This document shows positions 18,752 through 31,685 of a DNA stretch of 64,000 nucleotides, piece by piece. Both the position numbers and the translations under genes were made by a program. This stretch comes from an uncultured Planctomycetota bacterium (GTDB lineage Bacteria; Planctomycetota; Planctomycetia; Isosphaerales; Isosphaeraceae), in assembly GCA_963737655.1 (NCBI GenBank), contig CAVTTN010000002.1, positions 1,664,001 to 1,728,000 on the forward strand, given 5' to 3'. Under the pieces are notes generated by a model, which saw nothing but the letters and a program-made list of their open reading frames with translations, did no database searches and was not told the DNA's origin. How positions within the stretch are numbered: position 1 is the stretch's first letter; each line of letters opens with the position of its first letter.

Positions 18752-19213
18752 ATGCCGAGCTACCGGCTCGAACCCGAGGACGCCCCGACGGCACGACAGA
18801 CCCCGCTCCGTCGGCTCGAAGGACCGACGACGTCTCCGGGGACCAGGGCCGAGGCGGCGCCCGTCCCACCGGCCTCACCGCAGAAGGCTCCGGCCTGGCC
18901 GGAGAGCTTCCTCGCCGAGGCCCAGGCCCTGGCCCGCGACCTGGCGAGCGACCGGCCCGGCCGCCACGGCCTCCAGTTCGTCGTCGAGGAGCTCCAGGAG
19001 GTCGTCAACGACCGGCCCGACGACCTGCTGACGATCCTCCTGGCCGGGTACGTGGCCTCGGTGAAACTCGCCTGCGCGAGCGAACCCGATCGGGCCTACC
19101 GCGGCCACTTCGACGACCTGGCGCGGAAGGCCCTCGACCCGACCCTCCAGAACGTGGCGACGACCGCCCGACCCGGGGGCCTCGGCTCGCTCCTGGGGGC
19201 CGTCACCCGCTGA
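18752..19213 (+). CDS. hypothetical protein (start uncertain)
   Basis: GC3-biased frame downstream of the IS3 remnant. Confidence 0.35.
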   Translation: MPSYRLEPEDAPTARQTPLRRLEGPTTSPGTRAEAAPVPPASPQKAPAWPESFLAEAQALARDLASDRPGRHGLQFVVEELQEVVNDRPDDLLTILLAGYVASVKLACASEPDRAYRGHFDDLARKALDPTLQNVATTARPGGLGSLLGAVTR

Positions 19214-19604
19214 CTCGGCCTCGGCCGCGAGGCCTGACCGGAAGACGAAGCCGTCGCCCGTCCCCACGCCCGACCTCGGCGCGGGCCCTCCCGTCGCACT
19301 CCGCGAGATCGGCCCCTATGGTCCGGCGGGGACGGTCCCCGGCGCCCTGCACGACGATCGTCCCGCCCAGCCGCGGGCGAGCCAGGTCCGCAAGCTCCGC
19401 GCGATCCCGAGGTCGTCAGGGCCTTCCGTCGGACCCCCCTGGAGTTCCTCGCGAACGGGCTTCCTGTCCTCGGCGGACGCGAGTGCGTCCGGAAATCCCG
19501 AACGAGAGGATGTCTTCATGAAGGGAGTCATCGCAAGCCCGAAGGACGGCCCCGCCAACGGGCCGCTGGTCCGAATGGAGCGTCGGGAGCCGGGTGGCGC
19601 GGTC

Positions 19605-22600
19605 GTCTCAATGGGGCCACGGCCTTGGGGCCGTGGATGACGTCAACTTGACGATCTGCTTCAATGGGGCCACGGCCTTGGGGCCGTGGATGACGCGAGT
19701 CAGGCGGTTGAAGTAGCCGGCCGACGATGCGCTTCAATGGGGCCACGGCCTTGGGGCCGTGGATGACTACTCGCCGGAGGGCGCGATGGTGTAGCCGTCC
19801 TCGCTTCAATGGGGCCACGGCCTTGGGGCCGTGGATGACGGGCCGGCGTGGCGTCGATCCGGGCGTGAATCCCCTGGCTTCAATGGGGCCACGGCCTTGG
19901 GGCCGTGGATGACTCCGACGACGACGCGGCGGCGTGGGTCGAGGCCCTGCTTCAATGGGGCCACGGCCTTGGGGCCGTGGATGACAGGATCTGCTGGACG
20001 CCGTGGAGAAGGCGGAGGGGATGCTTCAATGGGGCCACGGCCTTGGGGCCGTGGATGACCAGGTCCTCGACGTGGCCGAGCTGCGGGTCTCCGAGCTTCA
20101 ATGGGGCCACGGCCTTGGGGCCGTGGATGACCCTCCATTGGCCCAAGGGCCGCGGCCCTGAGACCTCGCTTCAATGGGGCCACGGCCTTGGGGCCGTGGA
20201 TGACGTGCCCGAGGTCGATCCGACCGTGGGCGGGCTAGCCGAGCTTCAATGGGGCCACGGCCTTGGGGCCGTGGATGACGGCGTGGGTATTTAGGTGGCC
20301 ATGAATTGGCGAGAAGCTTCAATGGGGCCACGGCCTTGGGGCCGTGGATGACCGCATAAGCCCGCCAGAGGCCGTAATACACGTCATCGCTTCAATGGGG
20401 CCACGGCCTTGGGGCCGTGGATGACGAAGACGATCGCCAAGGGCCGGGGCGTGCATATCAAGCTTCAATGGGGCCACGGCCTTGGGGCCGTGGATGACGT
20501 CAGGACTCCCTGGATCGCCGCCGCGAGCGCCTCGCTTCAATGGGGCCACGGCCTTGGGGCCGTGGATGACGCCTGTCTTGCAGGACCTGCGTGCGTGCAC
20601 GACACGCTTCAATGGGGCCACGGCCTTGGGGCCGTGGATGACTCGGATCGGACGATCGCGACGAGCTGGCGATCGGGACTTCAATGGGGCCACGGCCTTG
20701 GGGCCGTGGATGACGGGACGTAGCCGGTGACGACGTGCATCGACGGCGTGCTTCAATGGGGCCACGGCCTTGGGGCCGTGGATGACTTCCGTTCGCCGCG
20801 TAGAGCGAGCACACCGACTGGTGGCTTCAATGGGGCCACGGCCTTGGGGCCGTGGATGACTCGCCGCCCCGCGGGTCGATGAGGAGGCTGCGGAAGATGC
20901 TTCAATGGGGCCACGGCCTTGGGGCCGTGGATGACACCCTCGGAGTTAACAACGCTCTCAACAGGGGCAACTAGCTTCAATGGGGCCACGGCCTTGGGGC
21001 CGTGGATGACGCCCAGGACGACAAGGGCGTGCTCGTGCGGTTCCTGCTTCAATGGGGCCACGGCCTTGGGGCCGTGGATGACGGCGGCGGTGGCGACCTC
21101 GGCCTGTCTCTCGTCGGGGCTTCAATGGGGCCACGGCCTTGGGGCCGTGGATGACCCGGATGGAGGCGATCGCCGCCAGTGCCAAGGTCGATCGGCTTCA
21201 ATGGGGCCACGGCCTTGGGGCCGTGGATGACGTGTCGGACTCCCGGCCCGAGGCGAAGGGGGCGACGCTTCAATGGGGCCACGGCCTTGGGGCCGTGGAT
21301 GACGAAGCCCTGGTGCATCGCGTCCCGCACCAGCACAACGCGCTTCAATGGGGCCACGGCCTTGGGGCCGTGGATGACATCCTCACGGTGGTCGGCGTCG
21401 GGTTCATGCTCCTGCTTCAATGGGGCCACGGCCTTGGGGCCGTGGATGACGACATCGACAAGCTGCACCGCCTCCGGGGCGTGCTGCTTCAATGGGGCCA
21501 CGGCCTTGGGGCCGTGGATGACCGAACAACGCCCTCGGCAACCTCCGCTGGGACACGCCGCTTCAATGGGGCCACGGCCTTGGGGCCGTGGATGACCCTA
21601 CCAGAAATCCCAGATTGACGTCCGCTACGTCGTGCTTCAATGGGGCCACGGCCTTGGGGCCGTGGATGACGGCCGCCGACCAGGTGCTCTACGGCCCGCT
21701 GGACAAGCTTCAATGGGGCCACGGCCTTGGGGCCGTGGATGACAGGAATCCCCCGGATGGGATGATCGGATAAGCGAAGCTTCAATGGGGCCACGGCCTT
21801 GGGGCCGTGGATGACGCGGCGAGGAAGCCGGGGCCGTGCCGCCGGAGCCAGCTTCAATGGGGCCACGGCCTTGGGGCCGTGGATGACGCCTGGTCGGCCC
21901 GACGGACGGTGACCCGGCCGGAGAGAGCTTCAATGGGGCCACGGCCTTGGGGCCGTGGATGACGACGGCCTCGCCCCGGTGTCGCGGAGGAAGTCGAGGC
22001 TTCAATGGGGCCACGGCCTTGGGGCCGTGGATGACGCCTGCGAGCCGTCGAGCGGGTAATCCCGCGAGCGGCTTCAATGGGGCCACGGCCTTGGGGCCGT
22101 GGATGACCGGGTCCGGGAGCGGATGCAAGCCAACCGGGACCGGCTTCAATGGGGCCACGGCCTTGGGGCCGTGGATGACGCTGGGGGTCAAGTTCACCCG
22201 CCACGCCCCGAACGCGCTTCAATGGGGCCACGGCCTTGGGGCCGTGGATGACCCGTACCGATTGACCGGCCCCTTCTTCGTTATGGCCACGCTCGCCGCT
22301 TCAATGGGGCCACGGCCTTGGGGCCGTGGATGACGTGCTGGCTCGGGCCGATGTCGCCGTAGTTCGACGTGCTTCAATGGGGCCACGGCCTTGGGGCCGT
22401 GGATGACCAAGCAAGCCGAGGCCAATCTGATCGCCCGGGGCGAGCTTCAATGGGGCCACGGCCTTGGGGCCGTGGATGACGGCCGGCAACGCGACGGCGA
22501 GCCTCGGATTTCGCTCGCTTCAATGGGGCCACGGCCTTGGGGCCGTGGATGACCGCCGACCGGGTCGAGGCCTTCGCGGCGACCCTGGCGCTTCAATGGG

Positions 22601-22770
22601 GCCACGGCCTTGGGGCCGTGGATGACGAAGGCTCGGCCGGTCATGATTCGCCCCGGAGCTTGCTTCAATGGGGCCACGGCCTTGGGGCCGTGGATGACCT
22701 CCAATCCGGACTCTCGACGGCCGGGGGGAAGCTGCTTCAATGGGGCCACGGCCTTGGGGCCGTGGAGGAC
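19605..22770 (-). CRISPR. CRISPR array, 44 repeats / 43 spacers, repeat GTCATCCACGGCCCCAAGGCCGTGGCCCCATTGAAG(C)
   Basis: Counted by eye; spacers mostly 35-39 nt (one 16 nt, one 45 nt); degenerate trailer repeat at 19605; ATTGAAG end sets the minus orientation. Confidence 0.97.
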
Positions 22771-23050
22771 TGCTGGCGTCCGAAACACTGCGGGGGTTGA
22801 CCTTTGAGCTCTCTCCGCGAGCGGCTCCGCTTTGGGATCGGTCTTGCAAGTCCGGGCGACTCCGAGCCGATCCGCATGCCCTTCCGGGATCGGGGTTTCC
22901 GGATCGCGAGCGGCCTACTCGCGGAGGTTCGTTCGTAAACCCGAATTGTCAAAGAGATAGGACGCAGGTGAGGCCGAAGGTGCCGATTCACCATCGTCGG
23001 ACTCGCGGATGGGCTGCGCCTCTTGGGATTCGACTCTATTCGATCGCGAC
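22771..23050 (-). promoter_or_regulatory. CRISPR leader (approximate)
   Basis: Non-coding, lower-GC region between csb2 and the first repeat. Confidence 0.6.
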
Positions 23051-23236
23051 CCCGAATCCCAGGATCGTGAGGGAGGTTGTCCGCAGCGGCTCGGCCTCGG
23101 AAGGTCGGAAGGCGTTCGAGGAGGTCGCGAGGATGGACCGATGGCGGGCCGACCGAGAGTCAACCGGGCGGGATGAGCTGGTCACCTCGTCTCGGGTTGT
23201 CCGGATCAGGAACGATCCTTCGGAGTCGGGCCGCGA

Positions 23237-24798
23237 TCATCCTCGGAGGAAGAGGCCGAGGCCGAAGTGGCAGGAATGGCCGAAGGCGATCGGTCCCGGG
23301 ACCGGCTCCGAGAACTCGAGGCGGAAGGCCCCGCGGGGCCTCCGGCCGCCGTCGTCGCCGGTCTTGGACCGGGACAGGCGGAAGTCCAGGGCGCGCCGGC
23401 CGAGGGGGCCGATCCGGTCCAGTCGATGCACCTCCGCCGGCGGGAGCCCTCGGCGTTCGATCTCCTCGCGGAGGACCGCGGAGACGAACTCCTCGAGCCC
23501 GCCCGGCGACCGCGACCACTCCGCCGGGTCGCGTTTCTGGCCGCGACGCTTGAGGTGCCGGGTCACGAGGAACGGGGTCGCGGAGGCCCAGACGTTCGAC
23601 GTCCCGAGCACCGGCGAGGACGAGAATTCGTCGAGGCGCCCCAGGCCGACCAGCCTCAGGGACAGCTCGGAGTCGCCGAACCGGAGCGACCGGAGGGAGT
23701 CGATGGCCCGGGTCGCGACCGAGTCGAGGCCGCCGAGCCCCCCTCCGCGAAGAGGGTGACGTGGTCCAGGCGGCCGTCGCCGTCCTCGTCGGCCGGCAGG
23801 AAGAACGTGGACTGGTGGTCGTTGCGGAGGGGTTGTCCATCGTCACCCTTACCCGAGAAGGCCGGGACGTTCACTCGCGGCTGAGCCTCCCGGGGGATGC
23901 CTGTCTCCCGCTGGACGTCCGCCTGTCGGATTCGCCTGGAGAGGCCCATCAGGTGGCGTCGCAGCTGCTCGGCCAGGGGGAGCGTGAGCGTCGATGAGGG
24001 GAGGGTCGGGCCGTCCAGGAGGTATCTCGCGACGGTGAACCCCTCCGCGGCGGCGAGGGTCGCCGATCTCGGGGAGGACGGGGCCTCGGCGGGTCGCGAG
24101 TAGGTCATCCATCGGGCTCCGGGGACGTGGGGCCAGCGTTCCTTGTGGATCGTCTCGGTGTCGAGGCAGAGGTGCCAGCGGGGGCAGTCGAACAGGAGGT
24201 CCGACGGGGCGAGGCCCTTCCTGATCTTCTTGCGATCGTGGACCGGATAGAAGTCGCTCGCGAAGGCCGAATCGGGGTCGGGGCAGAGGACGGGGACCGT
24301 CTCGCCATCGTCGGTTCGCTTGCAGTTCGGCTCGAATTGGGGGGGATCGACGACCTCGGCGATCACCCAGCTCTCGGCGCGACCGAGTGTTGTGAGGTTC
24401 TGGAGGAGTTCGTCGAGGACGCGACGCTCGCCCTCGGAAAGCCCCGCGTCGGGCCATCGGACACGGAGGGAATCGACGTGCCTGTCGAGGACGACGAAGG
24501 TATCGAAGACGAGCGTCCGGTCGCCCGGCCCTTTCTTCTCCCAGGGGACGTAGTGCCGGGTATGCGCGACCCGGTGGGGGGGCAGGTCGAATTCCGGCGG
24601 TTGGGCGAGGGCCCCGAGGACTCGACGGACCCCGGCCTCGGGGAGTGCCGGGCATTTCCTCTTCCAGGTCGCGACCAGGGCGCGGAGGAGCCTCCAGGGC
24701 GAGGGCGGCCACTCGGCGACGCCCTCGTTGACGTGGCGGCCCCAGGGCGTGGCGTGATAGCGGCCGGCGGGGAACGTGAGCTTCAGGGTGATGGACAT
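23237..24798 (-). CDS. csb2: type I-G Cas5/Cas6 fusion Csb2 (frameshift near 23720)
   Basis: FPAGRYHATPWGRHVNEGVAEWPPSPWRLLRAL N-terminus; C-terminal GPIAFGHSCHFGLGLF in a second frame. Confidence 0.9.
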
Positions 24799-24823
24799 CT
24801 CGGGCCCTCCTCTCCGCTCGCGA

Positions 24824-25861
24824 TCACTTCTTGGGCTTCTTCTCGCCGCCCGACCAGGTCAGCTCGGTCACGGCCGGCTCGGCGAAGAGCGGCTTGCACC
24901 GGGCGATCCGGTCGCGGATCGCCTTCGCCAGGTCCGAGGTGCTCGGCAGGCGGAAGGCTTCGGGCCTCCTGGCGACGAGGGAGCCGTCCTGCGAGGCCGG
25001 CTCCAGGTCGCAGGCCGTTCGGAGCCGGAGCCCCGATTCCAGGAACCGGCGGACCTTCCACAGGGACAGGGCGATCAGGAGGTCTGAGGCGTCGTCCCCC
25101 AGGCCGTAGCCGCGGATCTGGGCGAGGTCCAGCGCGAAGAACGCCGTGATCGTCTCGGCGGTGAACTCCGACCGCGAGAACGGGACGTTGCCGTAGCCCC
25201 CCTTCGCGTCGAGGCCGGCGAGCTTCGGCGCCGGGAGGGCGCGATCGAGCTTTACCCCTCCGCTGTCGGCCCGATTCACGCCTTTCGCCTCGATGAAGGC
25301 GGAGAGGGCCCGGGGATGGCGGAGTCGGCCGGCGATCTTCTCCAGGAAGATCCCGTGGACCAGCGAGTTCGGGTCGTACTTGAAGACGACCTTCGCGAGC
25401 CTCCGGAGATTCACCACGCCGGCCGACTCCGCCCCTTCTCCGTCCTCTCCGACCTTGGCCCCGGGGAGGATCTCCGACCGGAGCACCTCCACGAAGGGCT
25501 TCTTCTCGGGGGTCGTGGCCGAGGTGATGTACGGGGAGTTCAGCCGGTGGAATTCCTGGAGGCTGGTCGTCGTATCCTTCCCGTCGTTCAGGGACGCGAG
25601 CCGGACCCGGACGAAGGGCAGGCCCTTCAGCTCGGGGGCGATGTCGTCGGTCGCGTCGTCCCAGCAAACCGCCTCCAGGCGATTGGCCATCGACTGGGCC
25701 GACTCCACCAGGAGCATGGCCGACTCTTCCGGGCCGGAGTACAGGGCGGGGCCGAGGTCGGGGAACCCGGTGGGCTGGAACCTCGTCCCGAGGACGGGCT
25801 TCAGGGGCACTTCGAGGAGGATTCGAGACTCTCGGGCCAGGGCGGAGAAATCGACGGGCAT
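24824..25861 (-). CDS. cas7g: type I-G Cas7 (Csb1)
   Basis: RFQPTGFPDLG, LLVESAQSMANRLE, HRLNSPYI, DPNSLVHG, GNVPF, LRLRTACDL. Confidence 0.9.
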   Translation of the reverse strand: MPVDFSALARESRILLEVPLKPVLGTRFQPTGFPDLGPALYSGPEESAMLLVESAQSMANRLEAVCWDDATDDIAPELKGLPFVRVRLASLNDGKDTTTSLQEFHRLNSPYITSATTPEKKPFVEVLRSEILPGAKVGEDGEGAESAGVVNLRRLAKVVFKYDPNSLVHGIFLEKIAGRLRHPRALSAFIEAKGVNRADSGGVKLDRALPAPKLAGLDAKGGYGNVPFSRSEFTAETITAFFALDLAQIRGYGLGDDASDLLIALSLWKVRRFLESGLRLRTACDLEPASQDGSLVARRPEAFRLPSTSDLAKAIRDRIARCKPLFAEPAVTELTWSGGEKKPKK

Positions 25862-28178
25862 GGGGCGCTCCGAGGCTGAGGGGGCGTCAGATCGAGGGGC
25901 TCCGGCGGCGCCAGGGCCTTCCTGGCGAGCGAGGTCAGCGACGAGGCGGACAGCGGGAAGAGGCAGGCGGCGAGCAGGCGGGCGGGGTCGAGCCCCTGTT
26001 CGCTCGCGACCGAGGCGCGGCGCCTCTGGCGGTTCCTCCAGCCGAACGGGACGAGTCCATCGCTCGCGAGCCGATGCTCGGCCGAGTTGATGGCCCCGGG
26101 GAGGTCGCCCTTTGCCAGCAGGTGGAACGGGAATGCAGTGGGCGTCGTCGCCTTCGCCCCGTTGCGGGAGGCGGCGACGGTCCAGTGTTTCTCGTCCCCG
26201 TCCGGCCCGGTCGCGTCGAGCGCCACTCGATGGACCACCAGCCTCAGCAGGGCGAAGGGGGCCGGGACCAGGCACCGGGGGGCCTTCCAGGGCCGTCCCC
26301 CGGATTTCAGGCCGATCAGGCCCCAGAGGAGGTCGGACAGGAGTTCGTCGTCGGTCCCTCCGCGGAGGAAGGTCACGACGTCGGCCAGGGAGGCGGTGAC
26401 GACCGGCCGCTTCTGGTCCCGGCGGGCCCGATTCCGGGTCTCGTCGGCCTTCTCGGTGTTCGATTCGCGCTCCTCGGCGAACGGGTCCAGCCCGCCCTCC
26501 GCGCCAGCCCTCTCGGCCTCCATCCACCGGCGGAGGAACGCGGCGGAGAGGTTCTCGACGAGGGGCCGATCGGACCAGACGGCCGAATGGCCCCCCGGGG
26601 ACCATTTGACCCTCCGTCCCTTGGACTCGACGGGCTCCATGTGCGAGCGGAAGGGTCCGATCCGGCCCCCCTTCGCCGGGGGGATCGAGGCCAACGAGGC
26701 GGCCAGGCGGAACTCGACGCACCCCGGCCCGTCCCCCTGGCCGACCTCCAACCATCGGGGGCTCAGCCCTTGAAGCGGGCGGATCGACTTCTCCGAGCAG
26801 AATTTCACGCCCCGGGACAGGGTCTCCTCGGCCCGGCCGAGGGCCGCCATGACCCCCCTCAGGGCCGAGGCGTCCGAAGCCTCGTCCGTCTGGGAACGGA
26901 CCGCGAAGCCGAACAGGGCGCGGTCGATGCCCTTCAGCGCCGAATCGTACCGGGCCGGGGTCTTGGACTTGTCGCGACAGGCCGAGCGCAAGCGATCGAG
27001 CCAGGACGTCAGGGCCGGGTCGGCAAGGAGGCGTGCTTGCGGATGGGGCTCGACTCGGATCCGGCCCAGCGGCGTGGCGAGGAAGGCGAGGCCGTTTCGC
27101 TTGAGGAACCCGTATCGGACGAAGGAGGTCACTCCCCGGTCGAGTCCCAGCAGATTGACCGCCAGCGCGAACTCCACGGCGTTCCTCGCCTGCCGTCGGC
27201 CGAACTGGGCCCGGCCCTCGCCGAATAACTGGACGATCTCGGGGAGCGTCGCGGCGGAGTCCCAGATCGGCAGCCAGAGCTCGCGTCTCGACGCCTCGGT
27301 GGTCTCCTCGGAGCCGACCGCCGATCCATAGCCCACGGCGACCGACTGGACCGTGAATGGAAAGACGGCACGCTCTCGCGAATCGACCCCGAGGCGACGG
27401 GCGAGGGAGCCGGCGAAGAGGAGGGCCCCTCGATCATCAAGACGAAGTCCCAGGGGTTCACCCGCGAACCGGCCTCGAAGCCGCCCTGGACCCCGTTGGG
27501 CCCGCCGATCCCTCCGGGATGGAACTGACCGACCGCCGAGCGGGCCAGGGGCGTCAGGCCCTCCTCGAAGAGAGACCCCATGAGCCAGCCTCGCGAGATG
27601 GCCGTTGCGGGCGCGGTTTCAACGAGAGGGACGACTTCAGCGATCCTCTGCATGAAATTGTTCGTGAATTCCAGGCGGCCATCGTTCCCTCCCGTCCCGA
27701 GGAGCGGGAAGAAATCCGGACCGTCTTCCCCGAGTGTGTAGCAGCAATCCAGCCAGGGGACGAGCTGATCGGGAAGCTCGGCCCGGCAGAGGGAGAGCAA
27801 ACGAGCCTTCTCCTCATCCTTCGGGGCCGTCCTGGGCACGAGGTCTCGCGTCCTTGCGATGGCCTCTCGATAGGGCGCGAGGCGGACGGACGTCGATCCC
27901 GAGAGGGCCTCCAGAGGCTCGGCCCCTCCCCCATAGAACCCGCTCCCGGCGTTCCAGGGGGCCAGGATCGGAGTCGGCCGGTAGTGGTTCAGGAAGAAAT
28001 CGATCAGCCCTTCGCGGTCGAGCCGACTCTTCAAAGTCAGGGCATTGCCCGACCAGGAGGCGCGGGCTTCGGGGTCCCCTCGGGCCTCGTCCTCGGCCAC
28101 GAGGCGGAGGATTCCCAGGGCCTTCAGGTAGCTCATCAGGGGCTCGGGCGTGCATCCCTCGAGGGTGATCTCAGGCAT
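25801..28178 (-). CDS. cas8g: type I-G large subunit Cas8g/Csx17 (frameshifted near 27420-27350)
   Basis: PEPLMSYLKALGILRLV, PWNAGSGFY, LGTGGNDGRLEFTNNFM, NPWDFVLMIEG; continues ELWLPIW...GEGR...FVRYGFLKRNG. Confidence 0.88.
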
Positions 28179-30632
28179 CTTCGGCCTCTTTCCGGCTCGC
28201 CCTCATGTCGGCGGCCCTCAGGAGCGCTTCGAGGTAGGCCAGGCGGAACGGGCCGAGCTCGTTTCGGAGGTTCAACGCCCGGGCCGTCCAGCTCGACTTG
28301 CCCCCGAGTCTCATCGGTGAGAGGTCGATGAGCATCTCGGGGCTCCTGGTCGTCCCATCCAGATGGACTTCGGGCAAGGGGTCGTCGTGGCGGACCCCGA
28401 GCGCGAAGAGGGCATTCGTCGAATCGGTCCTCGGGGGCGACTCGTCGGGCAGGGACCGGATCGAGAGGCGGACCTTGCCATGATGGGCGGCGATCAGGTA
28501 GGCGATCTCGAACGGGAGCCCCGCCTGGAGGGCCGCCATCGCGGAGGCGAGCTCGTGACGGAAGTAGCGCCGGCGATCGTCGCCAACCGCGTAGCGAAGC
28601 CGCGACTTCAGGCCCGACTTCGCCCAGGGCCCGTCGCCGTCCGGCTCGCGACCGGAAGTCCGAATGGCCTCGCGGACCGCCTGCTGGAACGCCGGGTGGG
28701 CCTTGCCGACGTCGTGCCAGACCGCCGCGATCTTCAGGGGGTCAATCCAGCGCGGGCAGTCCTCGTCGCCGAGGTCCGCGAGGCCGGCTAGAATTTGTTC
28801 CAATTGGTCGGAAACGTTCCGCGTGTGCTGGGCGATCGTCAGGATCGGGCCGGCCCGCAAGGAGAGGGGGTCGGACTCGGTGCCTTCCTCGGGCCTAGCG
28901 GTCTCGGGGTCGGCCGGGACCGGCGGCACCGGGCCCTTCGAGGCGAGGTCCCATCCCTGCTTTTCCTCCTCGCCCCAGGAATACCCTCCGGCCGAGGCGG
29001 GCAGGAGGATCATCATACCGGGACGGAGGTCCTGGGGACCGAGCTTCCTCCATTCATCCGAGAGTTGGTCCCACACATGTCCCGAATGTCCCGCCTCGGA
29101 GATCCGTTCGAGGAGCTTGACCGCATCCCCGACCGGCGCGGGGCACAGCTCGGCCCTCCGGGCGCAAGCTCGGCCTTCGGGCCGACCTTGCGGTCGAACC
29201 CCCGCCAGAAGACCTGGACGTCGGTCTCGGGGTCGTCCCCTCGGATGAACCGGCCGACGTCGATGTCGCCGCCCGAGAGGTCGGGCGTGGTGTCGAAGAG
29301 GTCGAGCACGTCTCGGCGGCGGATCACCTGCCCCTCGGGGCGGCCGAACTTAATCCCCCGCTCTCGGCCGAACTTCCGGAGGGCGAGCGGCGAGACGTCC
29401 TCGCCTTGAAGCTCCCGAAGGTGGGGGCGGGCCGCCTCCAGCGACTCGGGGGCGTAGGGGGCGGCGGCCTTCTCCGTCGGCAGATCGAGCCAGAAGACTT
29501 CTCCGGGCTCCGTCAACTCGCCATGCCGATGGCAGCGGCCGAGCCTCTGCACGAAGCTCGACCAGGGGCAGAGCTCGGTCACGAGGACGCGGGCCGAGAG
29601 GTCCACGCCCGCCTCGATCACCTGCGTCGAGACGATGATCCGCCCGGCCTTCGGGATCGTCTTGTCGTTGACCTTCTTCAGGATCACCTCCCGCTCCGCC
29701 GGCCGGAACCGGCTGTGGAGGAGGATCAGTTCGTCTCCTCCCTTGACCTTGTTCAGGGCCTCGTAGACCGCCCTGGCGCGGCCCACCGTGTTCAGGACGA
29801 CGAGAGTGAGTGCTCCTGGCCGCGCGGCCTTCGTCACAAACTCGGCGACGGCCTTGCCGTACCCCTTGTCCGTCGCAGGAGCGGCGATTTTCGCCTCCTT
29901 CAAGACCTTCGCGGCCTTCATCCTCTGGCCGATCTTCCCCTCGGACAACTCGTCCTCCGTCAGTCCGAGGGCGGTCAGGGATCTGGCCCGTTCCCGATGA
30001 TCGACCGTGGAGAGCCAGTCGCGGTCCAGGGTCGCCGACATCCAGATCGACCGGGATGGGCCGAACGTCCCGAGCCCGGGCCGCAATCCGGCCAGTTGCG
30101 CCGAGGTCGCGACGCCGGGGCCCATGAGCTGGACCTCGTCGAAGACCCAGAGGCAATCGTTGTTCAGGAGGGCATACGGCAGGGGCCAGCGGAACCGGCT
30201 CATCCCGTAGCCGCGGTTCATGGCGCGAGACAACAGCATGTCCTGGGTGCCGACCAGGACCGCCTCGCGCTCGGGGTGGATGTCCCAATCGGCGGCGTCC
30301 TCGCCCCCCATCAGGACGTGGACCTCGACATCCTGGGATTTCGGGTCCGCCGCCGAGAGGTTCTCCAGCCACTCCTGGATTTCGTCCCGGGTCTGCTCGA
30401 CCAGGACGCGCATCGGCAGGCAATACGCCAGGCGACGGGACACGGCCTCGGGGCCGACCGGGCCGAAGTGCCTCCTCCACAGCCAGGCGAGGACGACCGC
30501 CGCCGTCTTCCCCGCCCCGGTCGGGGCGTCGATCAGGTCGGGGAGGTCACCTTCCGTGGCCACGCGGACCTGGTATGGGAAGGGTTCGTCCCGCGACCCC
30601 ATCGCCGTCTTGAAGAACTCCGAATATTCCAT
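28171..30632 (-). CDS. cas3: Cas3 with N-terminal helicase and C-terminal HD nuclease (type I-G order); frameshifts near 29160-29080
   Basis: APTGAGKT, DEVQ, SAT, LHSRF, STQVIEAGVD, QRLGR; then HDVGK, FRHELAS, HHGK, LRAAD. Confidence 0.92.
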
Positions 30633-30636
30633 GATC

Positions 30637-30897
30637 TCAGCTCACGATCACGACATCCCGGGCGTCATGGGGCTCGATCGGACGGCCGAGGGACCCGGCC
30701 AGGCCGGCGCATCGCTTGCATAGGGGGATGAACAGGACCTGGTCTCGGTCCCGGTCGATCGTCTCGTCGAGGCGACTTCGGAGTCTTACCAGGTCGGTCG
30801 CGACTAGTCGACAAAAAAACACTGAATATTGTTTCCGTAGCCCGAAGTCCTGGCAGAGCCGGGCGACCTTGCGGAGCCGCTTCGGGTCGGCGATGTC
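30637..30897 (-). pseudogene. cas2: Cas2 lacking its first residues
   Basis: DIADPKRLRKVARLCQDFGLRKQYSVFFC...DQVLFIPLC; abuts the cas1 end with no start codon. Confidence 0.8.
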
Positions 30898-31480
30898 GGC
30901 GGACGGTGGAGCCGGGGTAGCTCGGGACGTCGCACCGGACGAAGGCCGCGAGCATCCTGGCCTGGACCTCCAGCATCCTCCCGTAGCTCATCGTGTAGCC
31001 GTAGAGCGGGTGGGTCACGACCGTCGCCTTGCGGGCCTCGTAGGCCCCGAAGAACGCCTTGCGGCCCTCGGCCGTGAGCCCGCACGACTCCCTCCAGACG
31101 AGGAAGTCCCCCTCGGCCACGGTCCCGTTGTTGACCAGGGTGATCACCACCGAGTCGGCGATGATGCTGCGGAACTCTTCCATGAAGTCCAGCGCCGGCG
31201 ACGGACGGCCGTGGCGCCCGGCGTGATAGAACCCCTGGTACGGGTCGAAGCCGACCGTGCAGGCCGCCGAGAAGCAGTCCTTCGCGAGGATGGCATACGC
31301 AAAAGATAAAAGGGCGTTCACGGGATTTTTGGGGGGCCTTCGGTTCCCGGTGCGGAAGTCGAACGGTCGGCCCGGTTTCTGGTTCTTGAGCATCCGGCCG
31401 AACTCGCCGAAGTAGAGGGACGCGGCCTGCCCCTCCAGGCCGAGGAGGCCCCCGCCGCGGCGCTCGGCGGCGTCGCCCGG
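30895..31480 (-). pseudogene. cas1: Cas1 C-terminal fragment (5' part and any Cas4 missing)
   Basis: LLGLEGQAASLYF, NRRPPKNPVNALLSFAY, GFDPYQGFYH, ALDFMEEFR. Confidence 0.85.
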
Positions 31481-31685
31481 GGCCCCGGGGGTCCGGCCCC
31501 GCGCCCGACCGCCCGCTCGGCCCGGCGGTCTTCGCCCTGGCGATGCGGCGGCTGGCCTGGTCCGGCCCTCGCGAGCTGGGGGCCGAGGTCGTCCTGGGCG
31601 ACTCCGACGAGGACGCCCTGGTCGAGGCCGTCGCCCGGTTGCTCTGGGACCGTCGATCGGCCGGTCGACCGGGGAGGGCTTCCGC

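Noticed and set aside
19528..22849. Many ORFs with VIHGPKAVAPLK / FNGATALGPWMT repeats
   Set aside because: These are translations of the CRISPR repeat.
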